From a virus (lineage: Duplodnaviria > Caudoviricetes), in IMG/VR virus record IMGVR_UViG_3300036762_000188: DNA of 64,000 bases; one strand, given 5' to 3'. This document shows positions 1 through 8,233 of this stretch, one piece after another. The notes below the pieces were generated by a model. It was given only the letters and a program-made list of their open reading frames with translations. It did no database searches and was not told where the DNA came from. Each line of letters begins with the position of its first letter. Positions within the stretch are counted from its first letter, which is position 1. The position numbers and the translations under genes are program-made.

Positions 1-87
1 CCGAGTATCTTACTCTGAAGGAAGAGATCGTCGGCCTGACTGATGCACAGAAAGTTTTACATTGTATAGATTATCTACGGAGTTAAT

Positions 88-336
88 ATGGAATTTAATT
101 TAGAATATATCGAGTCGCTTGTAGAATCCGTTGAATACGTTAACATCCCAGGGGCTATGAACACTACCTGCTGCCTTACTGTTAAGGGTGGTGCTGAAGT
201 AGTAGGGGTGTCATACTGCTTCGATCCTGCTAAGTTCTCCACGGAGGCCGGTAGAAAGGCAGCCTATAAGGACGCCATAGATGAGCTTTTTAAAGCAGAG
301 GCTTATCATCTTAAACGGCTGTCTAGCGAAAGTTAA
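88..336 (+). CDS. N4 gp49/Sf6 gp66-family small protein (possible Acb4-like nucleotide-signal sponge)
   Basis: TTCCLTVKGG..VVGVSYCFDPAKFSTEAGRKAAY..AI..LF..EAYHL matches the gp49/66 family pattern (T.C.L.L.NGF.V.G.SAC..P.NFD.E.G.K.A); GGAG RBS. Confidence 0.7.
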   Translation: MEFNLEYIESLVESVEYVNIPGAMNTTCCLTVKGGAEVVGVSYCFDPAKFSTEAGRKAAYKDAIDELFKAEAYHLKRLSSES

Positions 337-352
337 TTTTCGCAGTGTACCG

Positions 353-363
353 TGTTATAAGTA
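353..363 (+). promoter_or_regulatory. Recurrent phage promoter-like motif TGTTATAAGTA
   Basis: Intergenic and upstream of a gene; the same motif recurs at 3124, 4458, 11982, 19541, 32639, 43246, 46465 and 53698, with variants at 16725, 22323, 25606 and 47008. Confidence 0.7.
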
Positions 364-393
364 ATAGGTATACACTTAAACTCGGATGATATT

Positions 394-726
394 ATGTATA
401 ATTGGATCAAAGAAAACCCATTAGCAGCCGCTGGTATTGCCATCGGCGGTTTAATAGTACTCGGCCTGTCGGCTGGAGCCGCTGTATCTTATAACTCAGA
501 CGCGCGTGTAATGCTGCGTGCTTCTGAGAAAAAACGTAAGGAGGAGACGAATAGTATCCGTCGAGAGAAATCTCTTGAAGAGCGTAAGGCCCTGGCTAAG
601 CTCGACCGCTCTACTAATGAAGCAGAGCTGGCCTTCTACCGTCGATTGGAGGAGGCTACCAACGAGTACGAGGATGAGATAGACGAAATCCGCATAGAGC
701 TAGAACGCTCTACGCGGGAAATTTAA
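394..726 (+). CDS. Membrane-anchored coiled-coil hypothetical protein
   Basis: N-terminal hydrophobic helix, then a charged helical region; follows a promoter motif. Confidence 0.6.
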   Translation: MYNWIKENPLAAAGIAIGGLIVLGLSAGAAVSYNSDARVMLRASEKKRKEETNSIRREKSLEERKALAKLDRSTNEAELAFYRRLEEATNEYEDEIDEIRIELERSTREI

Positions 727-770
727 AGGGCTGAAGGGAGGGAGGGGATTTATACCCCCTCTTTTACGTT

Positions 771-1043
771 ATGCAAGATATAATCGAAGAATTAGCAGTA
801 CTTTGGATAATGCAGCTACGATGTCTATTAGATTCTACTGAGGTTTACAAAGAGCCTTTGCTAGAGGTAATAGACATCATAGAAGCGGGGATGCATAATG
901 ATATTTTTATCGACGATCACCAGGTGGATCTAGTATCCCTACTGGCGAAGTATGTCGTACCCTTCTACAGGGAGATTTCAGTAGATGTGGAGATTGAAAT
1001 TCTTAGTAATACTCTGGGCGGTGAACGTACAGGCTCATCCTGA
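771..1043 (+). CDS. Hypothetical protein
   Basis: ORF in a co-directional gene block. Confidence 0.5.
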   Translation: MQDIIEELAVLWIMQLRCLLDSTEVYKEPLLEVIDIIEAGMHNDIFIDDHQVDLVSLLAKYVVPFYREISVDVEIEILSNTLGGERTGSS

Positions 1044-1434
1044 ACTCCACCGAATGGCTGAAGCCATTTACTACGAGGCTGACGGGGAGAGTCTTCCCTG
1101 TAAGATTTTAGTGGCGCAGACTATACTTAATAGAGTAGATGACCCGCGATTCCCCTCTAGTGTAGAGGGGGTAGTGACGCAGCGTAAGTTCCGTAAAGGT
1201 CGTTGGGTGTGTCAATTCTCTTACCTATGCGACGGTTTTCCTGAGGATATGTCTCGCTGGAATTCCGCTTACAATAGCTATAAAGTGGCGCAGATGGTAT
1301 TAGATGGTGAAGTACCGCGGCTGACTAACGCCGATCATTATTATAACCCTAAGAAGGTTACGCCCTCGTGGTCTTCTGAGATGGAGGATGTAGTATCATG
1401 CGATGGACACGTATTCGGCCGTGTGCCGTGGTAA
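985..1434 (+). CDS. Cell wall hydrolase, SleB/CwlJ (Hydrolase_2) family
   Basis: AEAIYYEADGE..VAQTILNRV.DPRFP..V..VV..CQFS..ADHYY..P.W..GHVF; signal-like N-terminus. Confidence 0.9.
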   Translation: MWRLKFLVILWAVNVQAHPELHRMAEAIYYEADGESLPCKILVAQTILNRVDDPRFPSSVEGVVTQRKFRKGRWVCQFSYLCDGFPEDMSRWNSAYNSYKVAQMVLDGEVPRLTNADHYYNPKKVTPSWSSEMEDVVSCDGHVFGRVPW

Positions 1435-1715
1435 AAGATAATGACGAGGTAGAAATATGGGGCCTGACCGAAGAGGATAATCTTAATTATCTAGGAGGTA
1501 TTGCCACTGTATTAGATGCACGTGCCGGTGTTAGAGTTGTAGATGGAGAGACGGTACGTGTGTCTAGGATTTTACACAGTGGTACTACTCTTATATGCAC
1601 CGCTAATTGTTTATATAAGTTCGACCAGGACTGTGTCCCTGCATGGTTGCCTCCTTTTACTAACGATGATAATATGGATTTCCAATCTGAAGATCCTATA
1701 TGGCTAAACAGGTGA
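1398..1715 (+). CDS. Hypothetical protein
   Basis: ORF between annotated genes; start uncertain. Confidence 0.45.
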   Translation: MRWTRIRPCAVVKDNDEVEIWGLTEEDNLNYLGGIATVLDARAGVRVVDGETVRVSRILHSGTTLICTANCLYKFDQDCVPAWLPPFTNDDNMDFQSEDPIWLNR

Positions 1716-1718
1716 TTT

Positions 1719-2312
1719 ATGAAAGTTATAATCATGGACGTAGATCAAGTATTACTAGATTGTATATCTAGGCTACGAGACTACATGCTAGAGCACGAAG
1801 GTAAGAAGGTAAGCTCTATGCCTACTGCATGGGACTTATCTAAGTGGATGGATTGCGATTCCGAAGGTGCCATGGATACCGTCAGATCATTCCATTCCAA
1901 TTGGATGTTCGGCACCCTAGATGCCATGCCCGGAGCCTCTAACGCACTTAACCGATTGGTGCGTAAGGGGTACGGATTAATATTCGTAACGGCATGTGGT
2001 GATAGCCCTATCACTACCGCCCTTCGTAAGGTGAATCTATACTCAGAGTTCGGGGATATATTCTTAGAAGAGCATTTTGTACCGGTTAACGGATCTAAGT
2101 TAGCAGTACTGCAAGACCTGGCCGCTCGTTACGATGTAAGAATGTTCGTAGACGATCGTCCTAAGAACCTAGAGGCAGGTATTGAGGCCGGCGTGCCGGT
2201 TGTACTCATGAAAGCCCCTCACAACCGCGATCAGCGGGATAAATATACCTGCGCTTACAGCTGGTATGAACTTTTAGACATTGTAGAAGGATTAGAGAAT
2301 GTTACTAACTAG
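1719..2312 (+). CDS. HAD-family 5'(3')-deoxyribonucleotidase-like phosphatase
   Basis: DVDQVLLD motif I, VTA motif II, K, FVDDRPKN motif IV, PHNR. Confidence 0.8.
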   Translation: MKVIIMDVDQVLLDCISRLRDYMLEHEGKKVSSMPTAWDLSKWMDCDSEGAMDTVRSFHSNWMFGTLDAMPGASNALNRLVRKGYGLIFVTACGDSPITTALRKVNLYSEFGDIFLEEHFVPVNGSKLAVLQDLAARYDVRMFVDDRPKNLEAGIEAGVPVVLMKAPHNRDQRDKYTCAYSWYELLDIVEGLENVTN

Positions 2313-2467
2313 TAAAGGCAAGACCGTAATCTATCAATCTAAATCGATGGTTACACCACCGTTCGTAGAAGAAGGTACGCCTGATTCCTACCTATGTGTG
2401 GTAGTTAATGAAGACGGTACTCGGTCTCAGCAGTATCTGCATAAACGCAATATAGTCGAGGTAAAGG

Positions 2468-3106
2468 ATGCGTAAACTCCCCGATATAACCGGTCGTACC
2501 TTTACGGTCGGAGACATCCACGGTGAGTATGATAAACTTATGGAGGCTCTTGCCTCCGTAGGTTTTGATTTTAGCACCGACAGGTTAATAGCCGTAGGAG
2601 ACCTGATAGATAGAGGCCCTGATAGTTGGAAGTGTATTAACTTAATATACGAGCCTTGGTTCCATTCAGTATTAGGTAATCACGAGGATTTAATGGTAGG
2701 AGCCGTGACCCGCGGTAGCGAAGAGCACTATCGCTGCTGGATGCAGAATGGTGGGCTCTGGGCTTTAGATCATCTCGATGAGGACGCATTTAATAATATA
2801 GTCTGGGATGTGCCGGATCGTATGCCGATAGCTATAGAGGCTAATGGCTGCGGGTTTATACATGCATGCCCTCCCGCTATATGGAGTCGTTTAGAATCCG
2901 TAACTCCTATGGAGCGTAATTACTATCTATGGAACCGTGGGCTAGTCGGAGAGTATCTGCAGGTAAAGGGTGTGGACTTCGTATACGTAGGGCATACTCC
3001 AGTACCTGAAGTATCCTGCTACGGTAACGTAGTATACATAGATACCGGGGCTGTATTTAACGATACACCCTTAGTGGTACTGGAGGTCTTAAAGGTTGAG
3101 ACTTAA
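2468..3106 (+). CDS. Ser/Thr protein phosphatase (lambda NinI/PphA-like metallophosphoesterase)
   Basis: GDIHG, GDLIDRG, GNHE, WMQNGG.W, GHTP and IDTGA motifs. Confidence 0.9.
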   Translation: MRKLPDITGRTFTVGDIHGEYDKLMEALASVGFDFSTDRLIAVGDLIDRGPDSWKCINLIYEPWFHSVLGNHEDLMVGAVTRGSEEHYRCWMQNGGLWALDHLDEDAFNNIVWDVPDRMPIAIEANGCGFIHACPPAIWSRLESVTPMERNYYLWNRGLVGEYLQVKGVDFVYVGHTPVPEVSCYGNVVYIDTGAVFNDTPLVVLEVLKVET

Positions 3107-3140
3107 ACTTACCATCACCCAGCTGTTATAAGTATAATGT

Positions 3141-3212
3141 AATGCAATAGCTCAATGGTTAGAGCATAAGACGGTAGTCTTAGTGTTGTTGGTTCGAGTC
3201 CAACTTGCAGGG
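3141..3212 (+). ncRNA. Atypical tRNA-like element (pseudo-tRNA)
   Basis: Canonical D arm (TAGCTCAATGGTTAGAGC) and T arm (GTTGG-TTCGAGT-CCAAC), but a 6-nt anticodon loop, only a 5-bp acceptor stem and no CCA. Confidence 0.55.
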
Positions 3213-3438
3213 GCCGCAAGGCCCACTACTTTTAGGTGAGCAGACTTAAATGACAGGGTTGGCATCCCGAGTCGCCCGGTAGCTTAGACCCTCGCGTTTT
3301 ACAGGACTAAAGATCCTTAAGGCCAGGTAGCGTTCCGGTGGAAATATTGCCAGGAAGACTACTCAATTTTAGAGATGAGATTAATAGAGGAATATGAGAC
3401 ACCTAGGTTGACCTAGGTGTCTCTTTAAGAGGAATAGC

Positions 3439-4455
3439 ATGATAACCACTAAGTTTACTGACGTTGGCAGTGAAATACGTCTACTGACGTATGAAGAGGA
3501 TAGACTGACTGATACCTTGCCTATGGGCATTTATTCTGTTAAGTACCTCGAGATGACGGGAGAGTACTATCTGTCAAAGACTACTATGGCAGCGCATTCT
3601 ACTAAGATATACGGTGACGTAGATGAAATGGTAGATACTATCTGTAGTAGATACTCTACAGGTGACTCCTCATGGGGTGTGCTACTGTCCGGAGCTAAAG
3701 GCTCAGGCAAGACTGCTATGGCTTCTAAAATATGCCTTAAAGCAGGCGTACCTGTAGTACTAGTTGAAGATGAGTTTGACTCATATGGATTGACCACTTT
3801 CATCTCTAAATTAGGACCGTGTGTGCTAGTTATAGATGAGATGGAGAAGAAATTCACCAATGATCAGGATGGGCTTCTAAGCCTTTTAGACGGGATGAAC
3901 TCATCTAAAAGGTTAGTAATATTCACTGTTAATAATATACACCTAGTCAGTGAAAACATAGTTGGACGCCCTGGCCGGATGCACTATCTCCGCGAGTTCG
4001 GTAAGGTAGACATCAGTATTATCCACGAGTATTGCACGACTAATGATGTACCAGGATCCTTGGTAGATGACATAATTCTGTGTCAGCAGAATAGCCTCGA
4101 GTTCAGTTTCGACTCTATGCGAGCTATAGTGCTGGAATATAAATTGACAGGTTCTACTGACTTTGATAAAATAACTAAATACTTGAATATCGAGAAGATA
4201 AAGCCCAAGGTATTCTACGACGTCCTTAACGTCACTCTATCATCTGGTGAGGTAGAGGTAGAGACCTCTAGATTGCGCCTTTATGGTAGCGGGAACTTCG
4301 ATGATCTAATACTCAAATCAGGAGCCGACCGTATATACCTGGGAGACCTCTCTCTTCAGAACATAGTCAGTGCCGCTGATGGTGTATACACGCTAGTCAC
4401 TCAGAGAAGAGAGGGTCTTATAACTATTAACTTGAAATTAAATTCTATGAAGTAA
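3439..4455 (+). CDS. AAA+ ATPase
   Basis: Walker A GAKGSGKT, Walker B LVIDEMEK, LLSLLDG, TVN, RPGR. Confidence 0.85.
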   Translation: MITTKFTDVGSEIRLLTYEEDRLTDTLPMGIYSVKYLEMTGEYYLSKTTMAAHSTKIYGDVDEMVDTICSRYSTGDSSWGVLLSGAKGSGKTAMASKICLKAGVPVVLVEDEFDSYGLTTFISKLGPCVLVIDEMEKKFTNDQDGLLSLLDGMNSSKRLVIFTVNNIHLVSENIVGRPGRMHYLREFGKVDISIIHEYCTTNDVPGSLVDDIILCQQNSLEFSFDSMRAIVLEYKLTGSTDFDKITKYLNIEKIKPKVFYDVLNVTLSSGEVEVETSRLRLYGSGNFDDLILKSGADRIYLGDLSLQNIVSAADGVYTLVTQRREGLITINLKLNSMK

Positions 4456-4475
4456 TCTGTTATAAGTAAATTAAG

Positions 4476-4552
4476 GCGCCCGTAGCTCAATAGGATAGAG
4501 CATCGGCCTTCTAAGCCGAGGGTTACAGGTTCGAACCCTGTCGGGCGCGCCA
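4476..4552 (+). tRNA. tRNA-Arg(TCT)
   Basis: Cloverleaf GCGCCCG/CGGGCGC; anticodon arm TCGGC-CTTCTAA-GCCGA; encoded CCA. Confidence 0.95.
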
Positions 4553-4578
4553 TCATAATATGAAACTGGGGATACAAT

Positions 4579-5106
4579 ATGGAACGTGTAAATACTGATT
4601 ACTCGAACTTAACCTTGGAAGAAGGTAAGGCTCTGTGGTTAGAGAAGAAAGGTATAGTCCACACTTTAGTGGCTTACCACCCCGTGGCGCGAGGCCATAT
4701 CATTGAAGGCCCTTACTGGGGCGCTAAATGGGTGGCGACCAACGGTGTTGGTAACCAGGGTAAACTCATTATCACGCCTCGATGTAAAGAGGCACGAGAC
4801 TTCGTCCGTGGTGAGGTAGTTAAGGGGCTACAGGAGAAGTATAGTATTGACGAGGCGCTGGCTCTTAGAGTATATCGCGCGCCTATAGAGTTTCGATATG
4901 AAATTCTAGACACCGTCATGATTATGCTGGAGGATAAAGCGGCCGTAGAGGCTGCAGGGCACTTCCCGGGAATAGGCCCTAGAAGCCATATACCCTGGCT
5001 TGAACGCTGGGGTAATGTAGTCGAAGACTACTTAGTGTACTCCTGGCCGCGTAACCAGGCCGTGCTTGACGCAGTTAAGCATATAGGTTGTGACAGCCTC
5101 GGTTAA
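4579..5106 (+). CDS. Hypothetical protein
   Basis: 175-aa ORF with GGGG RBS between tRNAs. Confidence 0.6.
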   Translation: MERVNTDYSNLTLEEGKALWLEKKGIVHTLVAYHPVARGHIIEGPYWGAKWVATNGVGNQGKLIITPRCKEARDFVRGEVVKGLQEKYSIDEALALRVYRAPIEFRYEILDTVMIMLEDKAAVEAAGHFPGIGPRSHIPWLERWGNVVEDYLVYSWPRNQAVLDAVKHIGCDSLG

Positions 5107-5117
5107 ACGAGGTTTAA

Positions 5118-5193
5118 GGGCCTTTAGCTCAGTGGTTAGAGCATGCGACTCATAATCGCCAGGTCCCCGGTTCAAGTCCGGGAAGGCCCACCA
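5118..5193 (+). tRNA. tRNA-CAT, probably Ile2 (lysidine type)
   Basis: Cloverleaf; GCGA-CTCATAA-TCGC anticodon arm resembles enterobacterial tRNA-Ile2; CCA. Confidence 0.85.
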
Positions 5194-5279
5194 TTTTCAG
5201 AGATTATCTCTTGAAAGACAATATATGAGTTTTAAGTAAAGGCTTATACATTGTGTAAGATATAGGGTGCCTGTTTGTA

Positions 5280-5356
5280 GGGCCTTTAGCTCAGTTGGTT
5301 AGAGCATCCGGCTCATAACCGGATGGTCCCCGGTTCAAGTCCGGGAAGGCCCACCA
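5280..5356 (+). tRNA. tRNA-CAT (elongator Met or Ile2)
   Basis: Cloverleaf; TCCGG-CTCATAA-CCGGA; CCA; body nearly identical to 5118-5193. Confidence 0.9.
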
Positions 5357-5371
5357 TTTTCAGAGGTATGT

Positions 5372-5623
5372 ATGAATGATGATGTATGTAATACTCGTAT
5401 ATTTGAAGAAGGTATTGTCGTAGGCATCTTTGATATCCCTAAGGAATTAGCCAATACCCTATGCCGTGAGTTAACTAGCAGCGGCTACGCAGAGGTAGAC
5501 TGGCACTACGTAGGCGGTAGAGTAGTCATGAAAGCTCTGATCAGCGATGCCGATAGATTCGCGTATACTCTTAGATCCCTACACGATACGCATAACCAGG
5601 TAGTTATTTGGGAGGCTGTATGA
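5372..5623 (+). CDS. Hypothetical protein
   Basis: GAGG RBS; VDWHYVGGRVVMK is a common phage small-protein motif. Confidence 0.6.
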   Translation: MNDDVCNTRIFEEGIVVGIFDIPKELANTLCRELTSSGYAEVDWHYVGGRVVMKALISDADRFAYTLRSLHDTHNQVVIWEAV

Positions 5624-5862
5624 AGTGTTATTACTGCTCAAAGGAATTCCCTCTGGAGGAAGTTCGTCCGTACGGTCTGGGTGGCTCCTATATATGCTAT
5701 CCATGTATGGTATCAGACACTCTCAGAGAGAAACTGGCTATTGAAGAGGTTACTAAACTCTTAAGTAAAATTAAGATTCCTGTAGTAACTAGCACGGGTA
5801 TAAAAGACCTTAGTGAGCTTGAAGATCAGGATGTATTACCGATCCTCTTTACTAAGGTTTAA
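5620..5862 (+). CDS. Small Zn-ribbon protein
   Basis: CYYC...RPYG..G..ICYPC; GGAGG RBS before the ATG at 5620. Confidence 0.6.
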   Translation: MKCYYCSKEFPLEEVRPYGLGGSYICYPCMVSDTLREKLAIEEVTKLLSKIKIPVVTSTGIKDLSELEDQDVLPILFTKV

Positions 5863-5865
5863 AGA

Positions 5866-6180
5866 ATTGCTGTAATCCCTTGAAGGATTAACTATGGCGG
5901 ACGCGGGTTCGAATCCCGCCAGCTCCACCAAATACGTCTTAGTGGTTTACCCCCAATGGCTGCTAGGGCGTATTTGATGGGGCTGTAATGGTTTCGACGT
6001 TGTAGTGAGGCTAGAGAGGCAGCACGAGAGGTGACCTAGCGTATATAGGCACAAACTATCTAAATGCAGATGCATATGAGATGAAAGCAGCAGCTTAAAC
6101 TGCGCTTTCCCAGGACGGCGGTCGCCTACGGGCCCTGGTCATCAAAGACCGCCCTCGAATTCGAATAGTGTTGCGACTAT
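5866..6180 (+). ncRNA. ssrA: Circularly permuted (two-piece) tmRNA, tag ADAYEMKAAA
   Basis: 3' acceptor piece GGACGCGGGTTCGAATCCCGCCAGCTCCACCA ends at 5930; intervening hairpin; 5' piece GGGGCTGTAATGGTTTCGAC starts at 5979; G3.U70 Ala identity pair; tag ORF 6066-6098 ends in AAA-stop. Outer ends are approximate. Confidence 0.9.
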
Positions 6181-6184
6181 AGGC

Positions 6185-6200
6185 AGGGGCTACGGCCCCT
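6185..6200 (+). terminator. Hairpin after tmRNA
   Basis: AGGGGC-TACG-GCCCCT. Confidence 0.5.
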
Positions 6201-6218
6201 TAAGTCCTTGGAGTTATT

Positions 6219-6458
6219 ATGGTAACCTTTATTTATTACAGCCCGTTAGAGTTCTCTGAATTATTCATCACTCCGTGTATGGCAGATGATAAGGGTGGTG
6301 TAGTCAAGTCCTGGGGTGAGTTCAATCTAATCACTGCTTACGGTATGCGCGATGGGATAGAGGTGGCGGTAGTAGACTTTTCCCCGGAGTCCTCTAAAGA
6401 GTATATCCAGAGCGTCCTCTCTGTACCCTTGAAGTTTATGGGTGGGGTATGCAGGTAG
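6219..6458 (+). CDS. Hypothetical protein
   Basis: GGAG RBS. Confidence 0.55.
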   Translation: MVTFIYYSPLEFSELFITPCMADDKGGVVKSWGEFNLITAYGMRDGIEVAVVDFSPESSKEYIQSVLSVPLKFMGGVCR

Positions 6459-6614
6459 TATATATCTTCGGACTTCTCTTTGTGTCCCTTTCCCTGATGC
6501 GTTCGTCCTATCTGCTATACACATAATGTCTGGGCGCGCGCCTATACGTGTATGGGTGATGGCATTATCTTTAATATTCTCATCCCTATTATACATAGGA
6601 TCCTTGGAGGTTAT

Positions 6615-6791
6615 GTGATGTTTTTCTCTATAGTATTCTTCCTGTTTGTGTCATGCCCGTTAATGATATCTCCTAAGGCAGAACACTTGATATGCCGCGA
6701 GTATCGTATCGATCACTTCCTGATAGTCTTAGGTGCGGGGATGCTCTTAATATCACTACTAGTGACTCTAGCGGATACCCGATATGGTTAA
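6615..6791 (+). CDS. Small membrane protein
   Basis: Two hydrophobic helices; GGAGG RBS upstream; start approximate. Confidence 0.5.
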   Translation: MMFFSIVFFLFVSCPLMISPKAEHLICREYRIDHFLIVLGAGMLLISLLVTLADTRYG

Positions 6792-7005
6792 ATTCGTTCT
6801 GTACCTGATCGTACTATTACTAGTACTAATATCTCCTCTATGGGATGGTACTCCCCGATATTACATCGATGTAGCCAAGGTACTACTACTAATACTATGC
6901 TACCTATTCGCAACCATAGTCTGTACGATAAACTTAAGATTCCGTTATTTCCTAGTGCTCTATTCTATAGTGTTACTAGTGACTATATGTCTACCTCGTA
7001 TCTAA
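6784..7005 (+). CDS. Small membrane protein (3 TM)
   Basis: Highly hydrophobic, overlaps the previous stop codon. Confidence 0.55.
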   Translation: MVKFVLYLIVLLLVLISPLWDGTPRYYIDVAKVLLLILCYLFATIVCTINLRFRYFLVLYSIVLLVTICLPRI

Positions 7006-7224
7006 TTAAGTGGTAGGGCCGATGGCTCCTTTAATGAGTGGGTCCTGTGGGTTATATTAATGTACCCTATTACAGGAAGCAGACCGGACTGCGTCCCTTT
7101 GGCGAAAGCACACCACGTAATCCCGGCCAGGGTATGGCAGACGGGTAAGGTGATTGGCAGGTCACCTAATGCCCGTCGACTTTTTTTAGCTAAAATAGGT
7201 ATATGAAACCAGGGAGGACCTATT

Positions 7225-7500
7225 ATGCAGCTAGAAAACACACAGATAAAGTACGGCACCTTTAGCGGGCAGCTTGTACTACCTATATCACCCAATCTAT
7301 CTACTATATCAGTGGCTATCGACGGGGTCGACTTTGTTACTCTACAGACCATGCCTATAGGTATGGGCGTACCTAAGAATGTAGGAGATGGAGTAGTTAC
7401 TACTGACACTCCTGGGGTATTTAACATAGTGCCATCCTCTACTCTTATTATCATACCGTCTACTGAAGATGTGTACTCTTATACTGTAGGTCAGTACTAA
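7225..7500 (+). CDS. Probable virion or tail accessory protein
   Basis: GGAGG RBS; beta-rich; first gene of a tail-fibre-like module; TAAAATA upstream at 7191. Confidence 0.55.
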   Translation: MQLENTQIKYGTFSGQLVLPISPNLSTISVAIDGVDFVTLQTMPIGMGVPKNVGDGVVTTDTPGVFNIVPSSTLIIIPSTEDVYSYTVGQY

Positions 7501-8219
7501 TGAGATTACCTAGCAGAGAACCTATAACCCTACCTGCTAGGCTTGACGTTACTTACGGTAACCTAGTAGTTCGCAGGGCATTTCGTAAAAATGTAGGTGA
7601 TTCCTTAGTATCTATACCAGAGCTTAATCTAACAGACTTTAACATGACCTGGATAGGGTCTGATAGTTATCTAAGTGATACCCCTTTTTTAGGTACTGAT
7701 AGTGGTAGTTATTTCGCTCACAGGTCTAACGGCGATGTAGTAGTATACTCTAACGGTTACGTAGTCCTGGGTAACACCGCGGCTCTAGGTAAGAGAAGAT
7801 TCTACCGGTTGAGTAGGGTAGGAGGAGTGCTGAGCTGTCACATTGATGGCGTATTAGTAGGCTCCATATCCTTTGCAGATGTATGGACTTTAAAATACCT
7901 ACAGGGTGGTATGGCGGATACTATGAAGTATTCCACCGGTGTAATGGCTAATTTTAGAGTAACAAGTACTGTTCCGGTACGATACTACCCCTTAGATAAC
8001 GATTTAGTCATAGACTATATATCGGCGGAGCATGGTTCAATACTAGGCACTAGTAATTGGGATGAGACTGGTGTCGTAGTCGCAGGGGCCTATTGGCTAG
8101 GGGTTGAGTCTATAAGAGTAGAGCGATCTCTTTTAGAATGGCTTGACTATAATGGTGCAGTCTTTTATGATATAGACGAGCCTTTCAAATACGATGTAGA
8201 TAATTATTTCTACTGGTAA
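7500..8219 (+). CDS. LamG/concanavalin-like tail accessory protein
   Basis: RLSRVGGVLSCHIDGVLVGS, GVMANFRV and YYPLD are typical of LamG-like virion proteins. Confidence 0.55.
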   Translation: MRLPSREPITLPARLDVTYGNLVVRRAFRKNVGDSLVSIPELNLTDFNMTWIGSDSYLSDTPFLGTDSGSYFAHRSNGDVVVYSNGYVVLGNTAALGKRRFYRLSRVGGVLSCHIDGVLVGSISFADVWTLKYLQGGMADTMKYSTGVMANFRVTSTVPVRYYPLDNDLVIDYISAEHGSILGTSNWDETGVVVAGAYWLGVESIRVERSLLEWLDYNGAVFYDIDEPFKYDVDNYFYW

Positions 8220-8233
8220 TTACAGGATGTAAT

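Noticed and set aside
3396-3423. Perfect 13-bp inverted repeat GAGACACCTAGGT-TG-ACCTAGGTGTCTC as a mobile-element end
   Set aside because: Single isolated hairpin with no transposase or partner end; more likely a terminator or processing stem.
7070-7090. SRP RNA (AGGAAGCAG motif)
   Set aside because: The matching CAGG-GNRA half of SRP helix 8 is absent.
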